Positions 50,160-60,712 of a DNA stretch of 64,000 nucleotides are shown one piece after another. Position numbers and translations under genes: made by a program. Origin of the DNA: Sulfolobales archaeon HS-7 (GTDB lineage Archaea > Thermoproteota > Thermoprotei_A > Sulfolobales > Sulfolobaceae); the NCBI GenBank assembly GCA_019704295.1, contig AP024596.1, positions 320,001-384,000 of the forward strand, in the 5' to 3' direction. The stretch's first letter is position 1. Each line of letters opens with the position of its first letter. The notes under the pieces were generated by a model. The model saw nothing but the letters and a program-made list of their open reading frames with translations, was not told the origin of the DNA and did not search any database.

Positions 50160-50480
50160 ATGATGAGTAAAGAAAAAATAGTTAAGATACTAATGGTAGC
50201 GGAAGAAGAGGACATTACGGTAACGCTTCCCACGTTAAGGAGACTTATGAGACTTATGAAAATAGAGGAGAATGTTTTAGACGAACTAATTGATGAGGGG
50301 AAAGTGAGGTTTGAAGAAATTCCTGCGATCGGAGAGAATGAAGCTAGGTTCGGTAAACTTCCAGTAGTTAGACTCGTCGGGAAAGTTAACCAGGAGATCT
50401 CTGAGGATGAAAGGAGTGCCATAGAGCTCGTTTTAAGGACAAAGACAAAAGATGCCGAGAAATACCTGGGAATATTATAA
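50160..50480 (+). CDS. Hypothetical protein
   Basis: 106 aa ORF with protein-like composition; TATAAATA upstream. Confidence 0.6.
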   Translation: MMSKEKIVKILMVAEEEDITVTLPTLRRLMRLMKIEENVLDELIDEGKVRFEEIPAIGENEARFGKLPVVRLVGKVNQEISEDERSAIELVLRTKTKDAEKYLGIL

Positions 50481-50569
50481 TCGTCCTTTCCAGAGTCTGA
50501 TGCTAATAGAGTTTTCGAATAGTTTTGTTAAAAAAGCAGACTTAATTTTCCTCAAAGAGATTTAGAATT

Positions 50570-51616
50570 ATGGGAAAATTGGAAACATTACGAAAACTCA
50601 TGGCAGAGAAGTCGATAGATTACCTTATACTGGCTCCAGGAAGCAATTCGTTTTACTTAACGGGCTTTAAAGAGGAACAAATGGAGAGACCTCTCCTCCT
50701 CATCGTCTCCCATGACGATATCTCCTTCCTTGCCCCGAAAATTTATAAAGAACAGATAGAGGCTTTAGGGTACTCAGGAAAGTTTTTCTCAGACGGAGAG
50801 GACCCTTATCGTGAATTAAACCTTAAGGGTAGGGTAGCAATAGATGACGAACTTAGAACGTCCTTTACTCTGGACGTACTAAAGAGGTATGACGTTAAGC
50901 CGGAAAAAGCCTCAGAAATCATGCTTGAGATAAGGAAGGTAAAGAATGAAGAAGAGATAAGGGTGATGGAAGAAGGGGTGAGGATAGCAGAGAAATCCTT
51001 TGAGGAGCTAATAAACTACATCAAGGAGGGTGTTACGGAGAGAGAATTATCAAGAAGGCTACAGGACATTGTGATAGATAATGGAGCTGAGGGGACGTCG
51101 TTTGAGCCCATCATAACTTTTGGTTCAAGGACTTCAATGCCCCATCTTAGATCTGGGGATAAGATGCTTCGAAAAGGAGAGAACTTGGTTATCGATTACG
51201 GAGTTAAGTATAAAGGCTACTCTACCGACACAACTCGAACTCTGTTCTTTGGGAAGTCTTCAGAGGAATTCAGAAAGGTTTATGAAGCTGTTCTAGAGGC
51301 TCAAACAGAAGGAGAAAAAGTGGAACAGGGGGTTAAGGCGTCTGACGTTGATGCTCGAACGAGAAAAGTAATAGAGAAAAAAGGATATGGTGAATTTTTC
51401 ATACATAGAACAGGTCACGGAATAGGAATAGACGTTCACGAAGGGCCTTACATATCACCCGACAGCCAGGAGATCTTAGTTAACGGCGAGTGCTTTACCA
51501 TCGAACCGGGAATATACCTTCCGGGAAAGTTCGGTGTGAGGATAGAGGACATGGTTCACCTCAGCGGTAGGGCTATTGTTTTTAATTTGCTTGACAAAGA
51601 ATTGTGGGAGATATAG
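50570..51616 (+). CDS. Xaa-Pro peptidase (M24 family)
   Basis: SMPH, DYG...GYSTDTTRT, HRTGHGIGIDVHEGP, TIEPGIY, GVRIED. Confidence 0.93.
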   Translation: MGKLETLRKLMAEKSIDYLILAPGSNSFYLTGFKEEQMERPLLLIVSHDDISFLAPKIYKEQIEALGYSGKFFSDGEDPYRELNLKGRVAIDDELRTSFTLDVLKRYDVKPEKASEIMLEIRKVKNEEEIRVMEEGVRIAEKSFEELINYIKEGVTERELSRRLQDIVIDNGAEGTSFEPIITFGSRTSMPHLRSGDKMLRKGENLVIDYGVKYKGYSTDTTRTLFFGKSSEEFRKVYEAVLEAQTEGEKVEQGVKASDVDARTRKVIEKKGYGEFFIHRTGHGIGIDVHEGPYISPDSQEILVNGECFTIEPGIYLPGKFGVRIEDMVHLSGRAIVFNLLDKELWEI

Positions 51617-52927
51617 ATGTATTCCGTTATGATTAATTCCCAATCACCTCCAGTGAGGTTTCGCTTGACTTATCAGGAATTACTTGAGAAGTACGGCGAA
51701 CTTTCAATTCCAGTGAGGATTTCAGAACTAGAACCTGAAGATTATCAAGTAGCTGTAGGAGGAGTTCCGAGAATGATGTTACAACTCATAAGTAAACCAG
51801 TTTTCAGTAAAACCAGATGGGTTGCCTTAGGGCCCGGGTACCCCTCCGAAATAGATATGACGGACTTCATGTTTTACCCTGTTTCACCAGAACCGCATAC
51901 CTTGAAGCTCTACACTAGGTTTAAGGAGGGACTGTATAACGAGAGTCACGGGATATCAAGTTACGTGATTTCTGCCGAGGATTACCTGGCTTACATGAAT
52001 TACAATTTCCTTTCTGCGAACACTATGCTGAGGTTCAGGGACGATACTGACATTTACTTTGTTAACGACTTTCAACAACTCCTTATAGGAAATATAATTG
52101 GACCTGCAGCACCAGTAGTTCTCTGGTACCACATTCCCATAGTCCCTGAAAAACTTGACCAGAAGATGAGAGAGTTCCTTCTCAGATCCCTAGAGGGATT
52201 CGATCAGGTTATTGTTAGTACAAAAAGGGATCTGGAGGGACTAGTGAGAACGGGAAGGAAAATAAACGTAACGCAGATTTATCCCTACATAGATCCATCA
52301 TCTTTAGTTAGGCCTACCAAATCCGAGTTGCAGGAGACTAACGATAAATACGGAATAAAGGACGATGACAAAGTCGTCGTAGTTGTTGGAAGAATGGATC
52401 CAATAAAGAGTCAGGATGTTGCAATAAAGGCAATAAATAACGTCGACGCAAAACTCGTTGTCGTCGGTAACGGAAGTTTCACTAGTAGCTCCCTCGGACA
52501 TGATAAGGCGAGTGTTTGGGCAAACCACTTAAAAGGACTAGTGAAGGAACTTCACCTAGAGAATAAGGTCATTTTTACAGGATATGCAAGCGAATCCAGA
52601 CTTTCCGCCCTTTATCAGCGAGCAGATGTTGTTGTACTTCCATCAAATTTGGAGGGCTTTGGACTAGTCGTCTGCGAGGGATGGAGTTTCGAGAAACCTG
52701 TAGTAGTGAGCAGAGGAGCTGGTGCATCAGAGTTGGTCATTGAAGGGGGTAATGGGTACACTTTTACTCCGGGAGATTGGAAAGAGCTAGCGGAAAAAAT
52801 TAAGCTAGCCCTCACCAACGAAAAAACCGGAGTCTTAGGAAAGGAAACCGCGAAACAGTGCTACGTTGATACTGCTCTTAACTCTTTAAAAAAGGTGTTC
52901 GATAACGCGATATCAATGTATATTTAA
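51617..52927 (+). CDS. GT-B glycosyltransferase, family 4 (TreT-like features)
   Basis: [37 protein letters not shown]. Confidence 0.85.
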   Translation: MYSVMINSQSPPVRFRLTYQELLEKYGELSIPVRISELEPEDYQVAVGGVPRMMLQLISKPVFSKTRWVALGPGYPSEIDMTDFMFYPVSPEPHTLKLYTRFKEGLYNESHGISSYVISAEDYLAYMNYNFLSANTMLRFRDDTDIYFVNDFQQLLIGNIIGPAAPVVLWYHIPIVPEKLDQKMREFLLRSLEGFDQVIVSTKRDLEGLVRTGRKINVTQIYPYIDPSSLVRPTKSELQETNDKYGIKDDDKVVVVVGRMDPIKSQDVAIKAINNVDAKLVVVGNGSFTSSSLGHDKASVWANHLKGLVKELHLENKVIFTGYASESRLSALYQRADVVVLPSNLEGFGLVVCEGWSFEKPVVVSRGAGASELVIEGGNGYTFTPGDWKELAEKIKLALTNEKTGVLGKETAKQCYVDTALNSLKKVFDNAISMYI

Positions 52928-53110
52928 AAGAGATAATTCTAGAACTCAAAAATTTTTACGGGGTTACGTAAACATAGGAACTCGTTATCATAAAGCTCTT
53001 TCAAAATTAATGAAAATTTTTCGTTCAAAAATCTCGTCTCTTGAAGATATATCTTGATAAAAACCACAATTTCAAAATGTTTTTTAACTTATAACTCCTG
53101 ATTCTTATAA

Positions 53111-54025
53111 ATGTCAATTGTTTCGGATAGGCAGGCATTACAAGACCTTAAGACCCTATTTTTATATTTCATCATAATGGGAATTATATCTATTGTATCA
53201 GCATTTCTTGGTATTGCCTCAATAGTGAATTTCATAATAGTATTTTTTGTGATCAGGAACACATACCTTAGGACCTTCCAGTCGTTTGCGCAACTCGGAA
53301 GGAATACACAATATGTGAATTACGGTTACTATGGACTTCTGGGAGGATATGGTTTGGGATTTATTGGAGGGATATTTTCGCTTATTGCAGCTGCATTAGT
53401 TTTTGTTAGTCCGTTTGCAGTATATGCTGTAGGTCTTGTGGGCACAATATTTAGTACTTTAGGAATACTTGGTGTGATCGTAGGATTTATACTAGTAGGA
53501 ATAACAATATATTACTGTACACAGCCATATGGAGAGGATCTGTTGAAATTCTCAGGTATAATAATCGCCATTCCTTTTCTGTGGTTTATCGGTTCAATAA
53601 TTGGGTATATCTCCGTTGACGGAGTTATTAACAGATTAGGTCAATACGGGGGTTACCAGCAATTTCCTCCACAGATGGGACAGGTCCCTCCTCCGACCCC
53701 TCAATATCCTCAACAGCCAGTGATTCAGCCTTCATCGCTAAACGCTGTGTATCAAACTGGACAGGGAAGGATCGACTCAGCGGGTAATGCGTATTTTTCA
53801 CTATATTCCACCGTAGGGAACATATCAATTACTAACGTCATCATTGATGAAACAGGAACTAGCGTAATTCCAAATACGATTTATCCAATGACGTTAGGTG
53901 TAGGACCTAACAACGTTACTGCAAAATTCGGAAACATACCTAATTATCAAATGGGGAAAAGTTATCAGTGTACGGTTTCATTGAGTAACGGTATGCAGAT
54001 AAAAGTAATCCTCATAAGTAGCTAA
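53111..54025 (+). CDS. DUF973 family membrane protein
   Basis: Several TM helices, Pro/Gln-rich linker, C-terminal beta domain (VYQTGQG...AYFSLYS...LSNG). Confidence 0.75.
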   Translation: MSIVSDRQALQDLKTLFLYFIIMGIISIVSAFLGIASIVNFIIVFFVIRNTYLRTFQSFAQLGRNTQYVNYGYYGLLGGYGLGFIGGIFSLIAAALVFVSPFAVYAVGLVGTIFSTLGILGVIVGFILVGITIYYCTQPYGEDLLKFSGIIIAIPFLWFIGSIIGYISVDGVINRLGQYGGYQQFPPQMGQVPPPTPQYPQQPVIQPSSLNAVYQTGQGRIDSAGNAYFSLYSTVGNISITNVIIDETGTSVIPNTIYPMTLGVGPNNVTAKFGNIPNYQMGKSYQCTVSLSNGMQIKVILISS

Positions 54026-54034
54026 AAGCCTTTA

Positions 54035-55510
54035 TTAACTTTTTATTAAATTTGAACAAAGATTTTCTATTGAATTAGATGAAGGTCTAAGTTCGGCAAC
54101 TGGATTGATTAGGGAAGAAATTACTTCCCAGATTATTCCCTTTTCTCTACTAATTGTCCAATACGTCTCGTTCACGAGCCTTTGGGCCTCATCTATCAAA
54201 TGTTGTGGATCGTCTTGTTTGCTCAAGATCTTTTCATAGATTTCGCTCAATTGCTCGTTGAGTAACTTTCCCGTAAGTAATGTATAACCTGTTGCACCAA
54301 GGGAATACATATCCGCAGATGCAGCTATTCCTTTCTTTTCTAAAGTCGCTTTCACCTGTTCTAACGATACATAAGCTGGGGTGAAGAAGTCTATAGTTTC
54401 TCCGATTTTCCTTATTGAAGTCCAGTCCCCTAGTGCTACATCAGTCTTTCTCAAGTTTGTAAGTACTTCCTCTACTGTGTCCCCTAGGTAGGTTGAGAAT
54501 AGAATATTTTGAGGTTTTACATCGCCGTGAACGTAGCCGGCTGAATGGAGCTTAGTTAATTCCGAAGCAGTTCTGCAAATTATCATAAGAACGCCCTCTT
54601 CCCATTCCTTACTCTCGTAAAACCTCTTTTCTATAAACTGATATGCATCACCCCCCTCCATGTAATATGCGATCAGTACTCTATCTATACCGTAATTTTT
54701 AAGGACCTTGTCCCTTATCTTCCCTACGTAAACTAGAGGAATTGTCCCTGGAGTTCTTGCCTTCGAAACCTTCTCTACTTCGCTTTTCGCTGAATAAGTT
54801 ATAGGGATTTTCAAGAAATATTTCTTACCTTTTTTCTCCGCCACGTATGAGTAAAAATCCTTCCCCTGTTGAATAAGCGAGATTACAGTATAGTCCATTA
54901 TTCGCTTGCCAAGAAGCGAATCAGGAGTAAGAGCCATTGTTTCATTATAACCGCGTTGTATATTTACTAAGCTTTGACCTGAGACTGATGAATAGAATGC
55001 TGACGATAGAGTAGAGGAAAGCGCACCCACCGTTACAATGTAAGGCAAAATACCGTCATTAAGGTTAAGCTCAAACGTGATCGCCGAAAGGGAAAGGAGA
55101 CCCAACCCCACTACAGCTAAGAACATTGAGAGAATTTCATTCCCGGGAAGGGGAAAATTATAATTTAATGTGTAAAAAGTGGTAAATACAAGTATTGCGA
55201 TCAGAACTCCCTCAAAGATAATGGATACAAACGGAATGTCTTCCCTGAGTTGCGAGAAAATAAATAATCCAACGTCCGAGTAAAGAATGACATAACCCGC
55301 GATTAGAAGATTTCTAAAAGTAGGTCTTGTCACAGTCGTAAGGAAAATACCAACGATAGCGTAAATGAAAAAAGAGAAAAAAACTAAATCAATATCAGCT
55401 TGCTGAATTCCGTCAACTATATTGAGGGGGGAAGTATAGAATACGAATAAGAATAAAATTACACAGGAGACGAGATTAGTTATCCTTACCCAGGAATACA
55501 AGAAATACAC
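54035..55510 (-). CDS. Membrane-anchored Hanks-type Ser/Thr protein kinase
   Basis: N-terminal TM helices; FLKIP, YMEGG, YVHGDVKPQN, TPAY, DMYSLG; true N-terminus may lie upstream across a frameshift. Confidence 0.85.
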   Translation of the reverse strand: MYFLYSWVRITNLVSCVILFLFVFYTSPLNIVDGIQQADIDLVFFSFFIYAIVGIFLTTVTRPTFRNLLIAGYVILYSDVGLFIFSQLREDIPFVSIIFEGVLIAILVFTTFYTLNYNFPLPGNEILSMFLAVVGLGLLSLSAITFELNLNDGILPYIVTVGALSSTLSSAFYSSVSGQSLVNIQRGYNETMALTPDSLLGKRIMDYTVISLIQQGKDFYSYVAEKKGKKYFLKIPITYSAKSEVEKVSKARTPGTIPLVYVGKIRDKVLKNYGIDRVLIAYYMEGGDAYQFIEKRFYESKEWEEGVLMIICRTASELTKLHSAGYVHGDVKPQNILFSTYLGDTVEEVLTNLRKTDVALGDWTSIRKIGETIDFFTPAYVSLEQVKATLEKKGIAASADMYSLGATGYTLLTGKLLNEQLSEIYEKILSKQDDPQHLIDEAQRLVNETYWTISREKGIIWEVISSLINPVAELRPSSNSIENLCSNLIKS

Positions 55511-55512
55511 AC

Positions 55513-55683
55513 CTATGCAGATAGGAAGAGGAGTAGTACCAGGATCAGAAACGATACGAATAGCGTTATTGGTATGAAGGTGGCGAATTCTAATCTATTA
55601 GCCGCCCTTAACCCAAGTCCTGCACCAACTAAGATTATAAGGACAACGGTAAATGGTATAGCCTCACTGGGAATCGGTATCAT
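55513..55683 (-). CDS. 56-aa hydrophobic ORF not in the supplied track; small membrane protein or frameshifted N-terminus of the kinase
   Basis: MIPIPSEAIPFTVVLIILVGAGLGLRAANRLEFATFIPITLFVSFLILVLLLFLSA*; starts 4 nt after the vWA stop with GGAG upstream. Confidence 0.6.
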   Translation of the reverse strand: MIPIPSEAIPFTVVLIILVGAGLGLRAANRLEFATFIPITLFVSFLILVLLLFLSA

Positions 55684-55687
55684 CTTC

Positions 55688-56743
55688 CTACTCCTTTCTC
55701 ATCGTCTGAGTAATTTGGGAAAGGTCCGTTTTAGGATCTCCGGTAAGCCTCTGAGTCGTCTGTATTAGATCATACCGCATCGTCATTTGAGCTGTCGCCT
55801 TTAACTGTTCCAGCGTCTGTGACGATGCTTTACCCTGTTCCAATTCTCTTGAATACTTTCTAAGTAAATCGTAAAACTGGATCTCTGCTGCCAATTGTTG
55901 ATTTACAACCGGAATGTCCCCCCTCCCTATATTATAGGGAAGATTGATAACACCATGAGCGTTATTTACTGCTGGATCCTCAAAGACTAGCTGAAAGAGG
56001 CCACGAGCTTCTTGAGTTCCAGGCGGTACTTTTAGAAATCCTATTATCTGAATGAAGTCGCTTACAATGGGGAACTTTATCGGTAAATCGACATTAATTG
56101 GTATGAACTCCTTTGGTGAAATAACTTCTAAATTAATCGCGTAAGCTTGGGACGATTGAGATGCAAAGAGTCGTGGAAGCTCCTGTGGATTCTCCACATG
56201 ATGAAATATTCCCTTCGTTGAATCAGCTATTCTCTTTAATATTACCTCATTGTAATCCCTTCCTATTCCGATCGTTATCGCCTGAATATTAGGAGGTAAA
56301 AGCGAATCATAGTTATCTGGATATTTCTTATCGGTCGGCTGCCCATCTGTTAACACGATCAATTTAGTTGGGTAATTTCCAACTTCTCTGCTTACGACCT
56401 TTAGAGCGGTATGAAGTTTTGTCTCGGGTTCGGGAGCAAGTGGAGGCAGTTGTACGGGAACCCCTGACGGTCCCTCATAAAGCTTTACGACTTTTCCCGC
56501 GAACTTGTATACTGCAACGACATTTCCAGGGGGGAGCTGTGATATTATTGAGGAGGCAGTCATAAGAGCCGTTTGGAGCTTGTAACCAGCCATCGAGTTA
56601 CTAACGTCGATCAGTATTATGACCTTAGTGTTTTTGATCACCTCTCCTCTTTCTGGAACTATTGCAATTCTAACTCCTACGGGAGTTTCGACTTTCTTAA
56701 CAACCACTGTGTGCGTTAAGTCCAATCTCCCCAATATTGTCAT
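55688..56743 (-). CDS. vWA-domain protein (ArnB/vWA2-like)
   Basis: MIDAS DVSNSM, LTDGQPTD, IGIGRDYNEVILKRIAD; C-terminal helical region with LEQLKATAQMTMRYDL. Confidence 0.85.
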   Translation of the reverse strand: MTILGRLDLTHTVVVKKVETPVGVRIAIVPERGEVIKNTKVIILIDVSNSMAGYKLQTALMTASSIISQLPPGNVVAVYKFAGKVVKLYEGPSGVPVQLPPLAPEPETKLHTALKVVSREVGNYPTKLIVLTDGQPTDKKYPDNYDSLLPPNIQAITIGIGRDYNEVILKRIADSTKGIFHHVENPQELPRLFASQSSQAYAINLEVISPKEFIPINVDLPIKFPIVSDFIQIIGFLKVPPGTQEARGLFQLVFEDPAVNNAHGVINLPYNIGRGDIPVVNQQLAAEIQFYDLLRKYSRELEQGKASSQTLEQLKATAQMTMRYDLIQTTQRLTGDPKTDLSQITQTMRKE

Positions 56744-56953
56744 TGAATATTCACTGTGGTTTAATTGTTATTGATCAACAAAAAGCTTTTTCCCAGTGAA
56801 ATTTTTTCCTGTAAACCAGAGTAGTATATATTACGACACTTTCCCAAATTTTAGGAATTCTCTAGCGTTTTTAGTAAAGCAATTGAGACTTCCAACTCCA
56901 GATAGGACGTTTTAAAAGGGATTTACGTTATTTGCGAAAATTCAGGAAAGCAG

Positions 56954-57256
56954 TTAGAAGCCCTCCTTAAGACAGTATTCCGTTCTCTCTATTAAGGTGA
57001 GGAGTTCTTCAGTGGGAAGTGTTGGTAGAAAGATATCCCAGACTTCATCAGGCAACGCAGGTTGCGTAATAATTGCCCTTATAATTTGCTTGCACATCCC
57101 GTCAAAATCGTCTACAGTTAATTGGTTTTCATCCATGTAGTTACTTACATAACCCTTAAGCATAGTCATGGCCAGAAGGGGCTTTCCTATTCTAGCTGCG
57201 TTATATATTTCCTCCATAAGAGATAATCGGGAGTGTAAGGAAAAGAATTTTTCCAA
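56954..57256 (-). CDS. Hypothetical protein
   Basis: 100 aa ORF, no recognised motif. Confidence 0.5.
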   Translation of the reverse strand: MEKFFSLHSRLSLMEEIYNAARIGKPLLAMTMLKGYVSNYMDENQLTVDDFDGMCKQIIRAIITQPALPDEVWDIFLPTLPTEELLTLIERTEYCLKEGF

Positions 57257-57540
57257 AAAGTGTCCGTTGCCCTCATGGATCGGCTTTCAGTGTCTTTACT
57301 ATGCCAGATAGCCTCACAGGTACTAAGGTTGTTCCCTCGAGCATGTGAGACATTATCCTTATGCCATTAGATGAGGTAATGGCGTACAACGTAGCTTAGA
57401 AGTGGGTAAGACGCTTTCCCTTTATTAGGTATCGTTAACATATTACTTCAGACTGATAAACAAATATGGGGGGCATCCGTAAACATTAGAATTTCTTATC
57501 GCGTTAACAATTCTTAAGATAAATCACGCGATAAAGAGGA

Positions 57541-58434
57541 TTATGCCAATGTATGATTCCGATTAAAGACTCTGATCAGTAGTCTCTGAAACATTGGTAC
57601 TTCTTCTCTTGATATTACTTTCCCTTTCCCTACAGAGAGTTTTGCGACTTCCTTAGGATCTACGTTAAATAACTTCGTCACCCCTATTCCATCTATGTAA
57701 AAGGCGTAGGGAGGTTCTATTTTATTAATTAACTCTATGACGAAATCTACATCTTTGCATAAGAGGTAGGTCGACTCAGCGTCACTCTCCTCAATGAAGG
57801 TTACTCCATCATCAAATACATAATGTTTGATTTCTTTTGCCTCATCAAACGTGACGTGTACTGTAAACACCTTTTCGTAAGATAATATTAACGATAGCGG
57901 TCCAAGTTTTCTCAGTTTGGCAATTTCCCCACTTACGTCTTCTTTCTTCAATATTCTCTCGCCAGTGAAAGTTCGTTCAGGTTTTTTGTAAAGCCTCATG
58001 ATTACTTTAGTGATCACGCCGATACGTCCCTTACTTCCAGCAATATATCTGGAGAGAAGAAGTTTACCGTTGGGGAGAACGCTTCTCGCGCTGATCAGGT
58101 TCTGAAAAGGCGTTCCATACTTAGTTGATAGAGTTGAAGGTTCATTAAGGGCTACTAGCCCCCCTATCGTACCAGAGTAAAGAGCTGGGAGTAGAAGGTT
58201 TTTCTCCGAGGCCGACTTTCTTATGTCATCTACTAACGTTCCTGAAAAGGCCTCAACCCTGTCTTCAAATATTTCGAACTTGCTTAACTTCGTAGTGTAT
58301 ATTTCGACGTCAACGTCCTTGAATTTCGAGTGTCTACCTGTGCCTAGAATAGCTACCTTCTCCCCTTTCTCCCCAGCCTCCACTAGCACCTTTGCTATCT
58401 CTTTCTCATCAGTAACAGCTATCTTTGATACCAC
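57541..58434 (-). CDS. FAD-binding protein (GlcE-like subunit)
   Basis: ILGTGRH, GTIGGLVA, GSKGRIGVIT. Confidence 0.7.
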   Translation of the reverse strand: MVSKIAVTDEKEIAKVLVEAGEKGEKVAILGTGRHSKFKDVDVEIYTTKLSKFEIFEDRVEAFSGTLVDDIRKSASEKNLLLPALYSGTIGGLVALNEPSTLSTKYGTPFQNLISARSVLPNGKLLLSRYIAGSKGRIGVITKVIMRLYKKPERTFTGERILKKEDVSGEIAKLRKLGPLSLILSYEKVFTVHVTFDEAKEIKHYVFDDGVTFIEESDAESTYLLCKDVDFVIELINKIEPPYAFYIDGIGVTKLFNVDPKEVAKLSVGKGKVISREEVPMFQRLLIRVFNRNHTLA

Positions 58435-58702
58435 ACTTTATTTTTAGTTCAAAATTACTTATAAACAAGAACTCTTTATAGAGAAGACAGTTCATTGATT
58501 TTATCACTCTCCTCTCTAGTTTATACGCGAATGCCCAATTAATATTTGAAGGATTATATAATTTAAATATTAGTTAATATGTATAAAAACTCTAAATATT
58601 TCGTAATATAATCCTTACATTCAAATACGCTTACCTAGTTGATTAGAGAAGATATTATGAAATGAGGATAGTAATTAGATTAATCAATCATTAAGAAGCA
58701 TA

Positions 58703-59665
58703 CTATATCTGAACTTTACTATCTACGAAGAGGTACTTGCGTAGTCTCGTCTCTGGTATCCTCGTTAAATATTCTCTCATTTGCGATATGAGATCATCTC
58801 TCATTCCCTCATCCACCATTTCTCCTCCGTAGACTATACCCCCTATAACTGCATAGTAACCGAAAAACATCTTCAAATTAAGGCCTTCTAATAATTTTCT
58901 TGTAATCTGTGACCTCATGACACCCCCGACAATTGACACTCTATCAACTGTCCTCCTTAATCGCAAAATAACTGCTTTTATATATTCCGCGTTTTCATAA
59001 ATTACCTTCAGCGCTATCCTATCGCCATTTTGTGCTAGTTTATCAATAACTGGGGCAAAGCTTGCTATTTTCCTCTTGTCCTTTTCCTTCGTCAGGAAGG
59101 TCACTGCTTCCCTGAAAGGTAAACCCGAAAACCTCTCCAGCGCGTAAGGAATTTCACTGTCCTCCTCTAATCCATCAATTACGCGGGTGGCGTAAATGAT
59201 AGCCCTCTTTGAAATATTTATTGCCGAGCCTTCATCACCGAAAATCCATCCCCATCCCCCTATCCTTTTTAAATTTCCGTTAAGTTGAATAAACCCCACG
59301 CTTCCCGTTCCAGGGGCGAAAACTCCACCGTCGTAATTCAGATTGCTCATCCTATAACATCCTACACCGTCGTTCACTACCAAGGAGTTAGTTATAATTC
59401 CCTTTGCTAATTCCGTTCCAATTCTGGTAAATTCCTCTGAATCCCCTATTCCAGCTAATGCGAAAACCCCCCTTTCGATATCTGAAATTTTTGCTGAACT
59501 CCATGATAGGGCCTCGTTTATAGCCTCCATTACGTTACTTCTAGCGTTACTAATACCGACTTCGGTAAAGTTTCCAGAGCCTCCTAATCCCACCCCTAGG
59601 ATCTCTCCACTACGATAAATTACGGCTACGGTTTTAGTAGCTCCACCATCAACTGCAAGTAACAT
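58703..59665 (-). CDS. BadF/BadG/BcrA/BcrD-family sugar kinase (N-acetylglucosamine kinase-like)
   Basis: VDGGATKT, VNDG, GTGS, GGWGWIFGDEGS, VGGV. Confidence 0.85.
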   Translation of the reverse strand: MLLAVDGGATKTVAVIYRSGEILGVGLGGSGNFTEVGISNARSNVMEAINEALSWSSAKISDIERGVFALAGIGDSEEFTRIGTELAKGIITNSLVVNDGVGCYRMSNLNYDGGVFAPGTGSVGFIQLNGNLKRIGGWGWIFGDEGSAINISKRAIIYATRVIDGLEEDSEIPYALERFSGLPFREAVTFLTKEKDKRKIASFAPVIDKLAQNGDRIALKVIYENAEYIKAVILRLRRTVDRVSIVGGVMRSQITRKLLEGLNLKMFFGYYAVIGGIVYGGEMVDEGMRDDLISQMREYLTRIPETRLRKYLFVDSKVQI

Positions 59666-59721
59666 AAGGCTGTTATCCTCCAGAAGAAAATATTATTTTT
59701 CTATCGTCAAGGATATGGGTA

Positions 59722-60618
59722 ATGATAGAGAAAATAGTAACAACCGAACCAGCATCAACGGAAATAGTAATTTACCTTGACGGCAAGGAGAGATTAAAAG
59801 GTATTCCTGACAAATGTCACTTCCCTGGATTAGAAAGCATACCTAAAGTTGTGAAGAATTCCATAGATATTCCTCAAAACCTCCCATCAAGAGAGATTGA
59901 TATGATAGTAACAAATGCTGTGAAAAGAGGGATATCTCCATACGTAGTGGATTTTTCGTTGATAGCCCAAATCGACCCTGATCTTATCGTAGGTCAGTCG
60001 CTATGTTCGGCCTGTGCCCACTCTCTTGACTCTCCTCTAAAAGGAGTAGAAATATTCATGCCAGGAAAATTAAAGGTCTCGCTAGTATATTCACATTCCC
60101 CCACTACATATTTCGGAGTAGCAAAGAGTATTTTCAAGTTATCGAAAATTTTAGGGAGAGAGGAGAAAGGGGAAATCATTCAAGAGGAATTTAGTAAAAT
60201 GTTGGGAGAGATAAAGGGATTGGGAAAAGGATTGAAAATCGCTTTTATAGAGTGGCTTGACCCGATTTATTTTGCAGGACTATGGGTATCCGATCTAATT
60301 TTAAGGAGTGGTGCAAGGCCAATTATTGACGGCTTCGGAAGGATTGGAAAGTATGATGAATTGCTAGAATTTAATCCAGATATTTTGGTAATAGCGCCAT
60401 GCGCATTCAGTGTAGAGCGGACAATGAGGGAGATCAAGGTTTTGACTCAAAGGAACAAATGGGGTGAAATTCGCGCCGTCAGTAAAGGCGAGGTATATGT
60501 ATTCGACGGAACAATATCTTCCAACCCCACTCACGATTTAATAAAGTTGGGCAAATTTTTGTTAAACGTACTCAGCGGACAAAAGGTTGATAATAGCGTA
60601 GCTCAGATACTGGAGTAG
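59722..60618 (+). CDS. BtuF/Fe-siderophore-type substrate-binding-fold protein
   Basis: IVTTEPASTEIV, PDLIVGQSLCSACA, EWLDP, NPDILVIAPC, AVSKGEVY. Confidence 0.75.
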   Translation: MIEKIVTTEPASTEIVIYLDGKERLKGIPDKCHFPGLESIPKVVKNSIDIPQNLPSREIDMIVTNAVKRGISPYVVDFSLIAQIDPDLIVGQSLCSACAHSLDSPLKGVEIFMPGKLKVSLVYSHSPTTYFGVAKSIFKLSKILGREEKGEIIQEEFSKMLGEIKGLGKGLKIAFIEWLDPIYFAGLWVSDLILRSGARPIIDGFGRIGKYDELLEFNPDILVIAPCAFSVERTMREIKVLTQRNKWGEIRAVSKGEVYVFDGTISSNPTHDLIKLGKFLLNVLSGQKVDNSVAQILE

Positions 60619-60712
60619 AGCTAGCGAACCTGCTTTGGGTAAATACAGTTTCTTTACGAAGAAACCTGCAAATCTTATAAAGTTTATATTTCAGCGAGTA
60701 TTCTTTACATAG

